DNA of 64,000 nucleotides from the NCBI GenBank assembly GCA_002104905.1, contig MCFE01000386.1, positions 19,467 to 83,466 of the forward strand. Direction: 5' to 3'. The stretch is from Basidiobolus meristosporus CBS 931.73 (lineage: Eukaryota > Fungi > Basidiobolomycota). Position numbers and translations under genes: made by a program. The number at the start of each line of letters is the position of its first letter. The first letter of the stretch is position 1. Below the pieces are notes generated by a model. It saw only the letters and a list, made by a program, of their open reading frames with translations. It searched no databases and was not told the origin of the DNA. Positions 37,723 to 49,973 of this stretch are shown here, piece by piece.

Positions 37723-37963
37723 GAGCCTTAGCCTCATATCCAAGAAATTTTTATTCATAATAAAGTTGGTTAGCAGTAAATAGTAAATCATTTTCCTACG
37801 GGATGTGTTATGCACAGCGCGTGGAGCAAGGAAAAATCATCTCCGACTGAGTTTGGTCGTCCCAAACGAGATGAGAACTGCTGTTTCAGCTCTGATACGT
37901 CTGGTGGGCGGTATAAATACCGGAGTGCGAGGTAGCCTTCAAGCCAGTATTCGTTTGTTGACC

Positions 37964-38182
37964 ATGCGAGGCGAGTTGTTGTATATATTTTCGATCGTTT
38001 TCCTGATGAATAGAGTGCTAGATGCCAAGAACCTCCCTACGCAGAGGGACATCGACTGGGGAGCAGTAAGCCTGGACTCTGAATATCCGTTTTCGCCTGT
38101 TTACGACGAAGAGGCAGAGAAGCTGGATCTGCAAACGTAGTTAAGAGAGTTGGGAACCTCTGTATACGCGCATTTTGAATAA
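37964..38182 (+). CDS. Candidate small secreted peptide: 58 aa unspliced (stop at 38140) or 47 aa if spliced (stop at 38182)
   Basis: TATAAATA at 37912-37919, ACCATG start, hydrophobic leader MRGELLYIFSIVFLMNRVLDA, possible GTAAGC donor, AATAAA overlapping the spliced stop. No homology recognised. Confidence 0.4.
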
Positions 38183-38377
38183 ATCTACCAAACTTGGGTT
38201 AGGCTGGTGCCATCATTGAATTTCATGGTTTCCATCCAATCGACCGTCGATGAAAGGAGATTGGCAGAATCATTATATCGTTCGATACATGTAACCATGT
38301 CAGCATTGGCATTTTCCTCGTATATCTAGTATTTTCTGTGCGAGTAGGCCCTCGACGTACTCTATCTTCAACCAACC

Positions 38378-39731
38378 ATGGACTCCTTCTCAAACTTCAG
38401 TCAAAAGTTGAACCCACTTGCAAGGAAGCTCACCCAGGGCTTCGGTCAGGCCAGACAGGTATACTCATGTCACGCTGGACCCAGCCCATCTCTTTGATTA
38501 ATCCAGGTTTCCTGCTAGCTTGCCCAAGAAAAATTCGGCGGTGCTGGTGAGATCACCGAGCTCCCCCAGGAGTACCTTGAACTGGAAAAGGTAGGCAAAT
38601 TCGACTTGCGAGCCGACTGCTTCTTCTGCTAATTGTCATCTACCTCATGTGTGATCCTTTCCCCCGGTACAATAGAGAGTAGATGCCATCCGCAACGTTC
38701 ACGTTAACCTTCTTAAAGTCACCCGTGTCTTCATGTCCGAGAACTACGATTATCCTGCACAAATCCAAGATTCCATTGTTGATGTGTCCCGTTCCCTGGT
38801 GAAGGAGTTCAAACACGTTGCCTTGGGAGAAAACGAGCAGGAAGGCCTCGTAGCCGAGGAGCCACCAAAAACCCTGAGCCATGCTCTTGCACGCGCATCA
38901 GCTCAAGGGGCTGAGGAAGTCGGCCTCGAGGAGCCTTTGGGTATGTCCAGTTGACTTCTCGATAATGTTTAAGCGTCTTGCCACTTACACTTGGTTAACT
39001 TCCAGGCGCTGCCTTGTTCAAATACTCCACTACCCAGGAGAAGTTGGGTGCCGAGAGAATGAAGATGGTAAATTACACTGACATTGGTAACGCTTGAGCT
39101 GTGGGAAGCTAAGCTAGTTCTATTGTCACCCTAGGACAATGACATCATGAAGAGATTCATCCAGCCTTTCAACACCACCCTAAACAACAACATCCAGTTC
39201 GCCATGGTAAGAGGCGGTCAGGATCCCCCTCGCCGAGGCCGGCACACTAACTGGGCCTTTATTTTGATGTCTGCATGCAGAAAGCTCGCAAAAGAGTGTA
39301 TGCCGCCCGACTAAACCTGGACGCTTTCAAGACTAACATGAAGAACTCCAAGCCCGAGAAGATTGAGGCGGTAAATTCACAAATCATCCAAGGCTTATGT
39401 TGTCAATGATATATACTAATCGGCATCTTTAGATCAAACTGGAGGTCGAACAAGCCGAGGAGGAGCTCCACGTAGCCCTTGATGAGGCGATGGGCATGAT
39501 GAAATCAGTCATCGAAACGGTATGAGATTTGAATCGCCTTCTGCCAATTGACTCTTGCCAGACCGCTAAACCTCCTTCCATCAGCCTGAGCCATTGCGCA
39601 ACCTCGCCGACCTGGTTGCCGCCCAGCTGGCATACTACAAGCAGGGCTTCGAGCTTCTCTCCGAGATTGCACCGGAGATCGATGAGATGCAAGTCACACA
39701 AGAGGCCTTGTACAGAAATAGCAGAGAATGA
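38378..39731 (+). CDS. GVP36: BAR-domain protein, Gvp36-like, multi-exon
   Basis: MDSFSNFSQKLNPLARKLTQGFGQ, EITELPQEYLELEK, ENYDYPAQIQDS, PKTLSHALARA, ARLNLDAFK, EQAEEEL, end VTQEALYRNSRE. Confidence 0.85.
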
Positions 39732-39878
39732 TTTATTCAAGTGTTTGTTACAAGCAACCAAATGGCATTTCCAATTTTTCCCTAGTAAAGACCCAAAGTT
39801 AGCCATTCTTGATGCGTTGGTTGTTTTGTGTTGGGATGGAATGAACAAGGCCCGGAGGGGGGGGGCGGTGTTGTCTCG

Positions 39879-40395
39879 TTATTTGCCTTCTAACAAGACC
39901 TGGGCGATGGCGTACTCTCCATCGTGGGACACTGAAACATGGGATTCCTTGATGCCACGGCTCTCGGCGTCAAGAATATTCAGATAGGGCTTTCCTGTGG
40001 TTGGTCAGAGTTAACAAAGTCGTCACCCACACAGGAGCGATGGATACGTACCGTCCACCTTATATACAGTCACCTCGTTCCAGGTTAGTTTCTCCCGAGG
40101 GAACAGGGCCTTGTAAGCGGCCTCTTTGATGGCAAACCTGTCAGACGTTTAACATGGATGAAGTTGGCCGAGCATATCCTTTGTAGCAAGGTTACCTAGT
40201 CCCCAGATACTTGACTACCTCGTTGTCTACCCGGTACTGGTCCTCCCCTTCTTGAGGAGACAGCTCCTGGAATTCGGTGAATTCGGCCGGCGACAGCACA
40301 CGACGCGCGAAGCTCAGACAAGCGTAAGGATTTTTTGTGAGAAGCTGTTGGATTCTCGGTAGATGCACCAAGTCCACACCGATGCCAAGAATCAT
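39879..40395 (-). CDS. AcpS-type holo-[acyl-carrier-protein] synthase (4'-phosphopantetheinyl transferase)
   Basis: MILGIGVDLVHLPRI...RVLS, FAIKEAAYKAL, GKPYL, HVSVSHDGEYAIAQV; two introns. Confidence 0.9.
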
Positions 40396-40575
40396 GCTTT
40401 CGACTGCGCACTAACACTCAAAGTTCCCGCCAACCCAGCACTTGGATGGAGCAAGATAACGACCTGCGGACAGGATTCATGGGGAGAATTTTTTAATCAG
40501 ATTGGATAGAATCGCATTTATCTATAGGAATTGGGTGGATTATCGAGGGCAATGCGGATGCGCATCCATGCTAAA

Positions 40576-41691
40576 TCACTGGTCGGCGAACTTCCGCTTG
40601 GGGATCACCTGGGTGAACGCCTGCTCCCAGTCCTTGCATTCTAGGTATTTGACCAGGATTTCAAACACTGCCAATGTACGTTCAGAAAGGGTGACATATG
40701 GAGGGATATCGAGGTGACGTACCGTGGTTGACAGCCAGCACCTTACGCGAGGCAAGCTTGACGAAGTCACCTATCGGCAACTGGGCCGTTTCAATCCCCT
40801 GTTTCTGGGCTTTGTCGTAGGTCAGGTGCTAGAGAATACGGAGGGGGGCTTGGTAAGAAGGTGACTGCCTCGTAGAGTACGGAATGCTGAGGTTCGGTTG
40901 CTTACCTTGTACCTATTCTTGTCCACGATGCCTCCCACGATGTAGACCTTCGACTCGTCAAGCTCGTGGACCACGTTGGGCGAATCGGCGGTAAGATAAA
41001 CCAGTTTTTCGCTTGGAAAGAGGTCAAGGTAATCCTCGGTCTCCACCGAGATTCGGCTCCAATTCCTCCAGTCGGTGATATGTTCGAACCGACTCTGGAG
41101 GACCCCACTCAGACCGGTCAACACCAGGTTGACCGGATGTTTGCACACTTTGTTGGCTGAGTAGCAACGTCGAATCTGACTGTGTAGTGAGGCCACCTCC
41201 TATAGCGAAGGGAGCGGGTTAACTTTCCGTCAAGTCGAGTTGCGTCCAAGACGTACCTTCTCACTCATAAGCTCGTCGTAATCGAGATCGACCACGATGC
41301 TCAGCTCACTGGGCTCCTGGGTCACCGGGGCCTTCTTCTCGGGTGGAGGAAGTATCCCTAACGAACGGTAAAACCTACTTTAGCTCGGGGCACTTCGCCG
41401 GACCGATGAAAGGAGCCATTTACCGGCCTGGATGAGCTCGTGCTTCTCCTTCTTTTTCTCCTTCAGCTTCAGCCTCTTCTGGAGCTTCCACTCCTCCCGC
41501 GTTATCTCCCTCAATTTGTTTCGGACCGCTTTCTTCGCGGCGTTCTTGGTCAACCCCTCCACATCAACACCCAGGTCCGCCGCCTGCTGCTCGATTGAGG
41601 GGCAGTGGAATATCTCCTTTGGCTCGCTCAACGACAACCCTTCCACTGAAGGAATCTCAACAACCGTCGGAGTCGAGGCCACTTCCTGCAT
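40576..41691 (-). CDS. TRM10: tRNA m1G9 methyltransferase
   Basis: [48 protein letters not shown], end [16 protein letters not shown]. Confidence 0.92.
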
Positions 41692-42032
41692 TTCTGAATA
41701 AAAGGAACACTCGTTTGAGGGAGAAATACAAATACCCGGCAATAGTCCAAGTGACTGCTCGCCCGCGACAGAAGTAAATCAATCGTCTATTTTATTGGGT
41801 CATCTCCAAAGAAAAAAATCCACCAGAAGATCCAATCATGGAGTAAGTCGGACCTTCCCATCCCATCTCTCTCCAACTTTCCAAGCCAAAGCAAGACGAA
41901 ATAAAGGTACCCATCTGGTCGTTCAATAAATATTTGGGTGGTGTTTGACCGCGAACGAAGAAACATCGGCAATAAACGAAATTAAAGTACACAAAGCAGT
42001 AATGCTACAAATAGACTTGGCAACTAGATTGA

Positions 42033-45000
42033 TTAGGAGGGCACAGACATCCCATTGGGGTTTCCGTGCAGCACCTTCACAAGTATCCCCCATATGCCTC
42101 GAGCAAGATGGACAGACCAAGATTGATCATGGTCTGCCTGGTCTCTGGAATAGTAGGTTCCATGGGACATAGTACCGAAGACGTCGTCGTATTGATTGTT
42201 GCTTCTTAGTATAACCCTGATGAAAAGCAGCTCAAAAACTATGAACACCCCAGTCAAGATAAATGCATTCAACATCAAAGATGAGAAGGAGCCAAGCGAC
42301 CCATTATCCGGCTGATGGGCAACCAGTTCGGATTTGTTCTTTATACGCTTTCTGAGGGTGTCGATGACTTCGGTCATATCCGCGAGTTTAGCGTCTACCT
42401 CTTCTTCCGAGCGAACTCGCTTCTCCAGCTGGGATTTCAACTCGCTCATCTCATTGTTCGTCTGATCAACGATATCTTTCATGGCTTTCATCTCCAGGAG
42501 CAGGCCATCTCGCTTTTGAGTTTTATCATTGAGTTCGTTCAAGTTGGCCTCCAGTGCATCTCCGAGATTTCTATGAACGTCCTGGCCATCTCTAAGCTCA
42601 TTCATGATCTCCTTCAGATTATTGATTGCCTGAACCATATCCTCGTATAGATAATCTTCAGTGCCATAACTAGGCTCTTCAAGATGCGACTCCTCAAATG
42701 TCTGATCAGGGTTGTATTCTTCTATCCCACTTCTTTCGACTTGAGAGTCGTCCATGTCAAGGAATGAGCTTTCATCTTGATTCGAGTATGTTTGGGATTG
42801 CTCCAACTCCTCATCCGCAGTGACTGATCCATCGTTGATCGAATTAAATATGTGGGGAGTTGCCGGTTGAGCTTCCGACTCTGGATGGATAAATGTATCA
42901 TCATATTCAGTCAAAGAAATATCTGACTCTTTGAATCGGTCATTGAGGTTTTTGATTGTATCCGACGGAGTGGTCATGCGGGAAAGTGACTGAAGGAGCC
43001 TCATGGGTGTCAACTCTCGAACAGTCTTAGCACTCTTCGGCAAGACGGACTCGTTACGGTCGAAACTGTCAACTTTAGCGGGAGGTGGGGCAGAGGAAAC
43101 TTGTCTGGAAGATAGCTGCTTGAGGATCTTTTGAGGAGTCTCCACGTTGGAATAACTTGGAGTTAAACTAACGTTGCCCCTGGTGCTGCTAAACCTCTTG
43201 ACTTCTACTTCAGATGACTCATTGTCAAGCTGCTGACCCTCTGGAGAATCGTCCATTGTTTCTCGAGTATTTTCCTCACTGCGATCTGGATGAAACGAGC
43301 TAGGCATTTCAGTTTGATGATCGCCATCTTCTACATTGTGTGTATGTTCAACGGAACTCTTCTCACTCTCTTGGTAATCATGTTGAGTAGTATATGTGCT
43401 ATCAGTCACCTCCAAACTAACTGTATTCGATATATTCTCATCAACGGAAGACAGGCTGGACTCTTGCGCGGACAAATTGGTTACAGAGTGCTTGGAATCA
43501 CTGTTATCAATGGTGTCATTGTAATTCCAAGTAATCTCGGAGTGATACTCAATATCACCATGAGATTGATTTTCAATTTGAGTGGATGCTTCCTGGCCAA
43601 ATGGTGTGCTTGGAAGAGGGAATTTGGTTGGCCATGAGTTGTCTAAGCTTCCGTCTATGTTAGAGGGCTCGGATTCGATCGCACTAGTGGTCTGTTGTTC
43701 ATCGTGCTCTGGCTCGTCATGAGTAGAATGGGAAACGATTTCAGCGTAAGAAATATTCGGGCGTCTAAGTGGATCATTGCCACCTTGATGCTCAGGAACA
43801 GTTTGCTCGGCATCTTCAGAAGAGTCGATTCCAACAGGTACAGTCTGTTCATTCTGTTCAATACTTGATGTTTCGACATGATCACCAGCAGCTGTCTCAT
43901 TTTCGTTTACATCACTGACTACCTCGCTGTATAATCTTACATCGCTTCTATCATCACTAACAGAAGCCTCTGGTTGGACGATCGATTCTTCGGTTGCTAT
44001 GCTATCGTGTTCAATGTTCGTGTCGGCTTTATCCGTAGCCGTATTTTCGGTAAAGTTTTCGATCCCCTCAGGAGCAGCATTTTGGGAGCCCTCGCTATGC
44101 TTCCCATTGAGCAACGAATTGTTTTGCTCATCAGCTCTACTGAAGCTTTCGAGGAAATCACCATAGCGCGAGTCCTCATAAGTAGTGAACTCGGATTGAG
44201 ATACACCGGCAAAGAAGCGCTGCACCGCCGCCTCTTTATCCAATGTAGTAGCAGATGCGTTAGTAACATCCATCTCGGACATAAAACTTGCCTCATCCAA
44301 GAAAGAGGGTCGATATGTTCTAATGTCATCAGTGTCACTAACATATGATATTTCACCCATGAATGTACTGTCATCATTTTCTGTGGTGCTTTCATCGAAA
44401 TTAACTGTATTAGCCAAAGGACTTTTGTAAAAAGGTGCAGTGTTGGTTGCCTTATTAGGTATAGCTGGTTGGATAGTGTCCCAATAACTAGCTATTTTTT
44501 CAGGCGAGTTGTCGTCGAAACGAACTTTCAGATTTCCTTTGGTGTCCAGATTAGCATCATCAGTTTGTCTGTTTTCAGGGTTAGATTGCGATGATCCGCC
44601 TTCCGAAATGTGAACAGCGTTTTCTTCGACTGCCTCGACTACTTGAGCTCCGAGTGGTCATTCTCCCCGCTGAAGGAAGACTTTTCTTTCGCGTCCGGGG
44701 TTGTAGCTTGATTCAAGTTTTCAGACGCGCTCTCATCCTTGGGGGTATTCTTTATAAACGATAGGCTATCCTCGTTAGAGGAAACTGGTGTCGTCGGATT
44801 TGACACAGGGCGATACTGGCGCCAGTGTTCATTTTGCTCTGTAAAAGATGCCTTGGAACCAATTACAGCAGTGGGAGACGTACTAGGAGAACGTTCTTTG
44901 ACAAGTCTTGCTGGGATGGGGATTTTTGAAACAAACCCGGGACTAGGCGTTTTTAACGCTTTTGAAAGGGGTGGTGAATTGAGGCTTTTCTGACCTTCCT

Positions 45001-45058
45001 GTGAAAGAGACGTTTGGCGCTCAAGGTGTTCGCTAGGAGTGGTTGGTTCAGTCATCAT
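42033..45058 (-). CDS. ~1000-aa acidic disordered protein with a C-terminal coiled coil and transmembrane helix; one apparent frameshift near 44650
   Basis: The frame of ORF 42033-44417 stays open upstream to a TGA at 44658-44660. ORF 44639-45058 overlaps it in another frame, and one added base joins them (DHSGAQVVEAV). Heptad region INNLKEIMNEL...LRKRIK, TM LMLNAFILTGVFIVFELLFI, C-terminus MSVPS. Confidence 0.65.
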
Positions 45059-45604
45059 GTATTGACGCCTAGCTATGTCTTAGATGTGGTCTAATGTTGA
45101 AAGATTTTTCACAGGTAGTTGACCAGTTGCGAAAATATAAGGCAGTGTTGATAGAACCTTTTCGCGTCTGGAGAATCCAAAAATCCTAGGTTTCAATTGC
45201 AGTGGCAGATAATTAAGACAGTTCACCTGCCTGTGTATAGCTTATATCTCATTGTTATTATAATAAGCATTCATAGATTTTAAATTATGACGATTCCAAT
45301 CACGATATTTATCAGCATATTTTTGTTTCTCAGATGAACATGTGTGAGTCAATAATGTATGCATAAATGCTAGGGTTGATTTTGGTTATGCATACTTTTC
45401 AAAGATTGCATAAGTCGAATCCACTTGGGTTTCCCAAATCATGTATTCGAAAAAAAAAAGAAAACACTAAGAAATTTCACCCGTCGCAAATTTAGTCTAT
45501 TTTCATCAGGTGTGATGGTGTATGATTAGGATATTTTGGATATAATAGTAAGGCTCACGCAAAACTATCAAGTTATCAACCCTATCAATACTTCGCAAGA
45601 CAAA

Positions 45605-48364
45605 ATGAGCGGTAGAGATGGTCGTCGTAGTCGGGGTGTTTATAGATCAGCTCTTACTCCAGGGAGCAATAATGGTTCCCGTGGATCAAGAGGCCCACTC
45701 AGAAATAAAAATAATGTTCTAGCAAGAGTAGGTGGCGCTTCAGATAGCACAGATCGAGATGGAGACATTGATATGAGTGGCTCTGCAGGCAGCGGAAGTC
45801 TGCCAAGATTGTAAGTATATAAAGTAGTTTGCCAAACTTGATAAAACCCAGCTCACAATTAGCGTTGTATGAAATAATCTTCCTAGTTCTCCATATGGCG
45901 GTGGTCGTGGACGTGGCAGAGGAAACAAACACGCCGGATCTATGCGTCCGAAAAACACTCCTGTAGAATTATCCGTAAGTGGACCTTTATTATAGTTGAG
46001 TTTTGCCGTTGGAAACAGCTTCGCTTCGTGAATTGTCATTTGCATGCAAGACTTGTACATACTACCCTTAATACATTTGGATATTAAATGCGTTTTACAT
46101 TTGACAATAAAAGATCACCGGTTATGAGGGAGGAACTCAAGAAGACTTGCTTGCTTTTCTTAAAAGAAAAGCGCATAGGCCCATTGTGATTTCCGAGGTA
46201 CGTGAATCTCACTTTTAACTCTTTTGAAAACCTTTAAATTTACGTGTATTGGTAATATAGATTCGGTATGAAAATGGAACCATGTTCTTTGAAGTGGAAC
46301 ATATGGGACAAGCAAAAACCTTGCAAAAGCTTTCGGGAATCAGATTTGCTGGCTCACAGGTACGCCACGCGTGATCCTGGACTACCATATGGCCAATACA
46401 GTTACTTACTAATCTTCCATGGACTGCAGCTTTTTATAAAAATTAAAGCAAGTACTATGGATATGGATTCCTCGACATCTGAAGTCGTGAGCACTATCGA
46501 AACCCTTCGTACTTTCTTAACCTCCCGATACGTAGCCGAACACAAGTATCTGAATTTGGAGAATATGGATGGTGACCCGGTCATCCGGCGAGCCAAGATC
46601 CGTGGTATCGGAACCGCCGGGCCCAACTCTAACATCGGGCCAGCAATCTTCAAACTAACTTCCGAAATGTTTCCTGACGTACGGTATCACATATGCTATA
46701 CACGAGTCACCTAGAGATAACCAATGTTTACGCAACTCCATGTTCACCAGGTCCAATCCTTATCTCTCGCCTCCAACAAGCTTCGGAATCTTTCACCACT
46801 CACGACCATATCCCACTTCTTGCCCCATATTCAAAACATTTCCCTGAAAGATAACAGTATCCAGCAATACCGTGATCTGGACAGCCTCAGCGGAAATACA
46901 AAGCTCAAGGAGTTGAAAGAGCTCGTCCTCTTAGGAAATCCATTGAGGGATAACGAAGTCAAGAAGTCCGGGGATGATAGTAGCTATCGCAGGTAAGAAA
47001 GTCACTTCACTAGCCGTTCTCCACGCCTTCTAATTTCTGGTGTTTTTGAAGTGAAATCACGAGAAGATTTCCATTCCTCAAGGTTCTTGATCAAATCCCT
47101 GTTGGGCCCACTATTCAATTTGATGTGTCTGAGGTTGAGTCAGTGGCCACTGGGGACACCGTCTTGCCAGCATCTATCCAGAAGGGATTTGTGGATTCGG
47201 AAGGAACCAATGCCATGGTTACCGATTTCTTGACCAGGTCAGTCCATATCTGCAATTCGCCAAGTCTCGCCCCTAACGCCCAAGATGTAGATATTTCAAT
47301 CTGTATGACAACAACAGACAGGCCTTGTTGGATATTTATGACGACGATTCTGTATTTTCATACATGGTCAACGTTACTCACCCTCCGCGCTCACGCCGTA
47401 CAACTACCAAGACCCTCCCCGATTGGGGGCAGTATATTAGCTCCAGTCGAAACCTCACCCGCGTCAAAGATTTAAGTAAGTAGCTTCAATGTTTGGTTTA
47501 CATTATGGTTGGTATTTAACAATGCGCGTTGTAGCGAAGAGAACATCATCATTAAACATTGGGGCCATCGCCATATTAAATGCTTTGGCGCAGCTGCCCG
47601 CAACTCAGCATCCGATTCAAGATCAAGCCAAGTTTTGTTATGATACCTGGCAATTGCCTCAAGTCCCCTCCGGCGCCGCAGTGATTTTCATTGTTCTTCA
47701 TGGGGAATTTAGCGAAGGTACTGGGCATAACACGTGTATATATCCGACATGGCTAATCTGTTTGCACCGTAGGGTTAGAAGGCACTGAGCGTTCATTTGA
47801 TCGAACCTTTATGATTTCCCCTCCAACCCCTGGATCCAAGTAAGCTTTTCTTTAACCAAAGTCCGTGTTGAGCGGAAACTTATATGAAACATCAAGAGCA
47901 CATCAGTCAGGTCTCCCCTATGTTATCAGGAGTGATCAGTTAAGTGTAAGACATCATGTTAACTCCGAAGCGTGGAAAGTCGATGCCAATGCCGCATCGA
48001 CCACTGCCGCCATAGCCACTCCAGCTGCACAAGCGCCCTGCGCACCTCCGCAGAACACCCCGGTGGACCCAATGTTGGCAGGACTGGTAGGTCTATTCTA
48101 TAATGAATCCACCACGTAGCGTAGCTTACATTTTATGTAGAATCCATCACAGCAAGCCCAAGTCGGAGAGCTTCAACGCAATACTGGTCTGAATGTCGCG
48201 TTTTCGATTCAGTGTCTCTCAGAAAACCAATGGGACATGGAGACAGCTTTCCAAGCATTCCAAAGACTGAAGGTAAGATTTGAAGCACGCTGCTCCTTGA
48301 CGCACCGGCACTAACGATTCCGATCTAGTCTATGAACGTCATTCCACCCGAGGCCTTCGCTTAA
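45605..48364 (+). CDS. MEX67: mRNA export factor Mex67/NXF1, multi-exon
   Basis: RG-rich N-terminus with DRDGDIDM; RRM-like exon; LRR (SLSLASNKL, ISLKDNSI, LVLLGNP); NTF2-like region (QLPATQHP, FIVLHGEF, FDRTF, VIRSDQL); TAP-C end (TGLNVAFSIQCLSENQWDM...IPPEAF). Confidence 0.92.
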
Positions 48365-48540
48365 CTTTATTAATAGACTTCATCACATATTGAAAATATC
48401 TTTAATTTTAAATAAATGATCAATGTAGATGCAACTTCAGCAATCAATCGGAAGCAAGTGTTGGTAGCAGCTATATTAAGGCAGTTGCAAGGATTAACAT
48501 GGTGCTTACTATTACTGGGTATAATCACCATATATGTTTG

Positions 48541-48595
48541 GATATGACAAATACACAAGTAGCCCAGATATGACAAATATACAAGTAGCCCAGAT
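48541..48595. repeat. 26-bp direct tandem repeat, 2 copies
   Basis: gatatgacaaatacacaagtagccca / gatatgacaaatatacaagtagccca. Confidence 0.9.
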
Positions 48596-48720
48596 CTTCT
48601 GTTCCTAGAACTGGGAAAGGTGCTCGGAAATGTCATTCGGCACCATCATTGGTTTGTTGTTCTTCAGGTGACAAATGTTGGCAATACTAGTCATGTGTCC
48701 AGTAATGAGGATGGGTTTCC

Positions 48721-48833
48721 GATGGTGCTGGGATGGTGCTGGGATGGTATCGAGTGATGTGTCAATGGCGCGGCAAGAGTATCAAAAGATGTGTCAATGC
48801 GCGCAAGAGTATCAAAAGATGTGTCAATGGCGC
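48721..48833. repeat. 11-bp repeat (gatggtgctgg x2.5) followed by a 30-32-bp repeat (x2.5)
   Basis: Units of gatgtgtcaatg(g)cgc(g)gcaagagtatcaaaa start at 48756, 48788 and 48818. Confidence 0.9.
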
Positions 48834-49067
48834 TGGACTGACATTCGATGAGTTGGAAAAAAAAAGGGGTTTTGTAGATAGAAGCACTAAACTAGTCGTT
48901 ACCCCGCCTTTCCATACACTTGACGGACACCAGGAATCATTGCACCGCATTACCAATTGCAGTAATAGGATTCTAGAAGCCGGAGCATCATCCATGATTT
49001 ATTGTATGTACATTCATCTATGCTATGGGTAATATTTACGAGTAAGAGTTCCGAGGAATATATACAG

Positions 49068-49634
49068 CTAGGGATTCAAGAGGGATTCAACTGAGAGGAG
49101 CGAGGTGGGTTTTGATAAGACTTCCGATTTGGGATTCCCGCTGTCCGTCACTTTCCATTGGTCTGACCCTGGCTCGGGAAGTGGATAAACGTGTTGACTT
49201 GAAATATCAGTTGGCGTCATGGGGCTTTCAGGCTCCGATACTTCAGGAGAACTTCCACTGTGGTGGAAAGAGGACATGTGCCTCGCTCTTTTGTTGCTTG
49301 AATCCAGGCTCGGGTCTTCAGTAGCGCCATGCTTTTCCGCGCTTGGACTTTTGCCGTGGATACGCTTGTGTCTCAGTAGTTCGTCAGAGCGCGCAAAACT
49401 CTTCAGACAGCCGTAGAAATCACAGTGGTAAGGCTTTTCCCCAGTATGGGTGCGAAGGTGCCTGGTGCGGTGCTCCAAACGGTTGAAGGATTTGTCACAC
49501 AAGTTGCAAGCATATGGGCGGGGAGCCTTTGTCGCGCTGGTGGCTACAGAGAAGGTATGGAAGAACGGGTTTGGGAGCGAGGATTTCTTGTCCCTGTTGA
49601 GTAAACTCGTAATGTTTAACGGGCCACTGTTCAT
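49068..49634 (-). CDS. Small C2H2 zinc-finger repressor of the CreA/Mig1 family
   Basis: [55 protein letters not shown] is the CreA/Mig1 double-finger signature. LNITSLLN and LSVESLLN motifs sit at the two ends. Confidence 0.88.
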   Translation of the reverse strand: MNSGPLNITSLLNRDKKSSLPNPFFHTFSVATSATKAPRPYACNLCDKSFNRLEHRTRHLRTHTGEKPYHCDFYGCLKSFARSDELLRHKRIHGKSPSAEKHGATEDPSLDSSNKRARHMSSFHHSGSSPEVSEPESPMTPTDISSQHVYPLPEPGSDQWKVTDSGNPKSEVLSKPTSLLSVESLLNP

Positions 49635-49912
49635 TTTAATGCGCGTATCGGTGCAGAGGAGCAGATCACTGACATATTTATAATGGTAAGAGGATGGAGA
49701 CTAACGACCTAGGCTGGCCTGTACGAATGCCGGTGCCACTGATCAGTACAAAGAGAAAGAGACCTCCATTTCACCATCCATGGTCACTCCTCAGGTTGGG
49801 TTTACCTTTGGGATTGGATGTTGGAGTTCTATGGAAATTCGGGGGAAGGGGTCAGATGCCACCATTTTTCTTCAATGAGGCCGAGCATTTTAGGAAGGTT
49901 GGTGTTAGGACA

Positions 49913-49973
49913 TTTGGGTATTGGGTGGTTTGGGTATTGGTGGTTTGGGTATTGGGTGGTTTGGGTATTTGGT
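49913..49973. repeat. 15-16-bp G-rich tandem repeat (TTTGGGTATTGGGTGG), about 4 copies, upstream of the CreA-like gene
   Basis: Read directly; contains six GGG tracts. Confidence 0.9.

Noticed and set aside
39879-40395. AcpS as a horizontal-transfer candidate
   Set aside because: It has two spliceosomal introns, and AcpS-type mitochondrial PPTases are standard in fungi.
48756-48833. CRISPR-like 30-32-bp repeats
   Set aside because: Units are contiguous with no unique spacers, there are no cas genes, and the context is eukaryotic.
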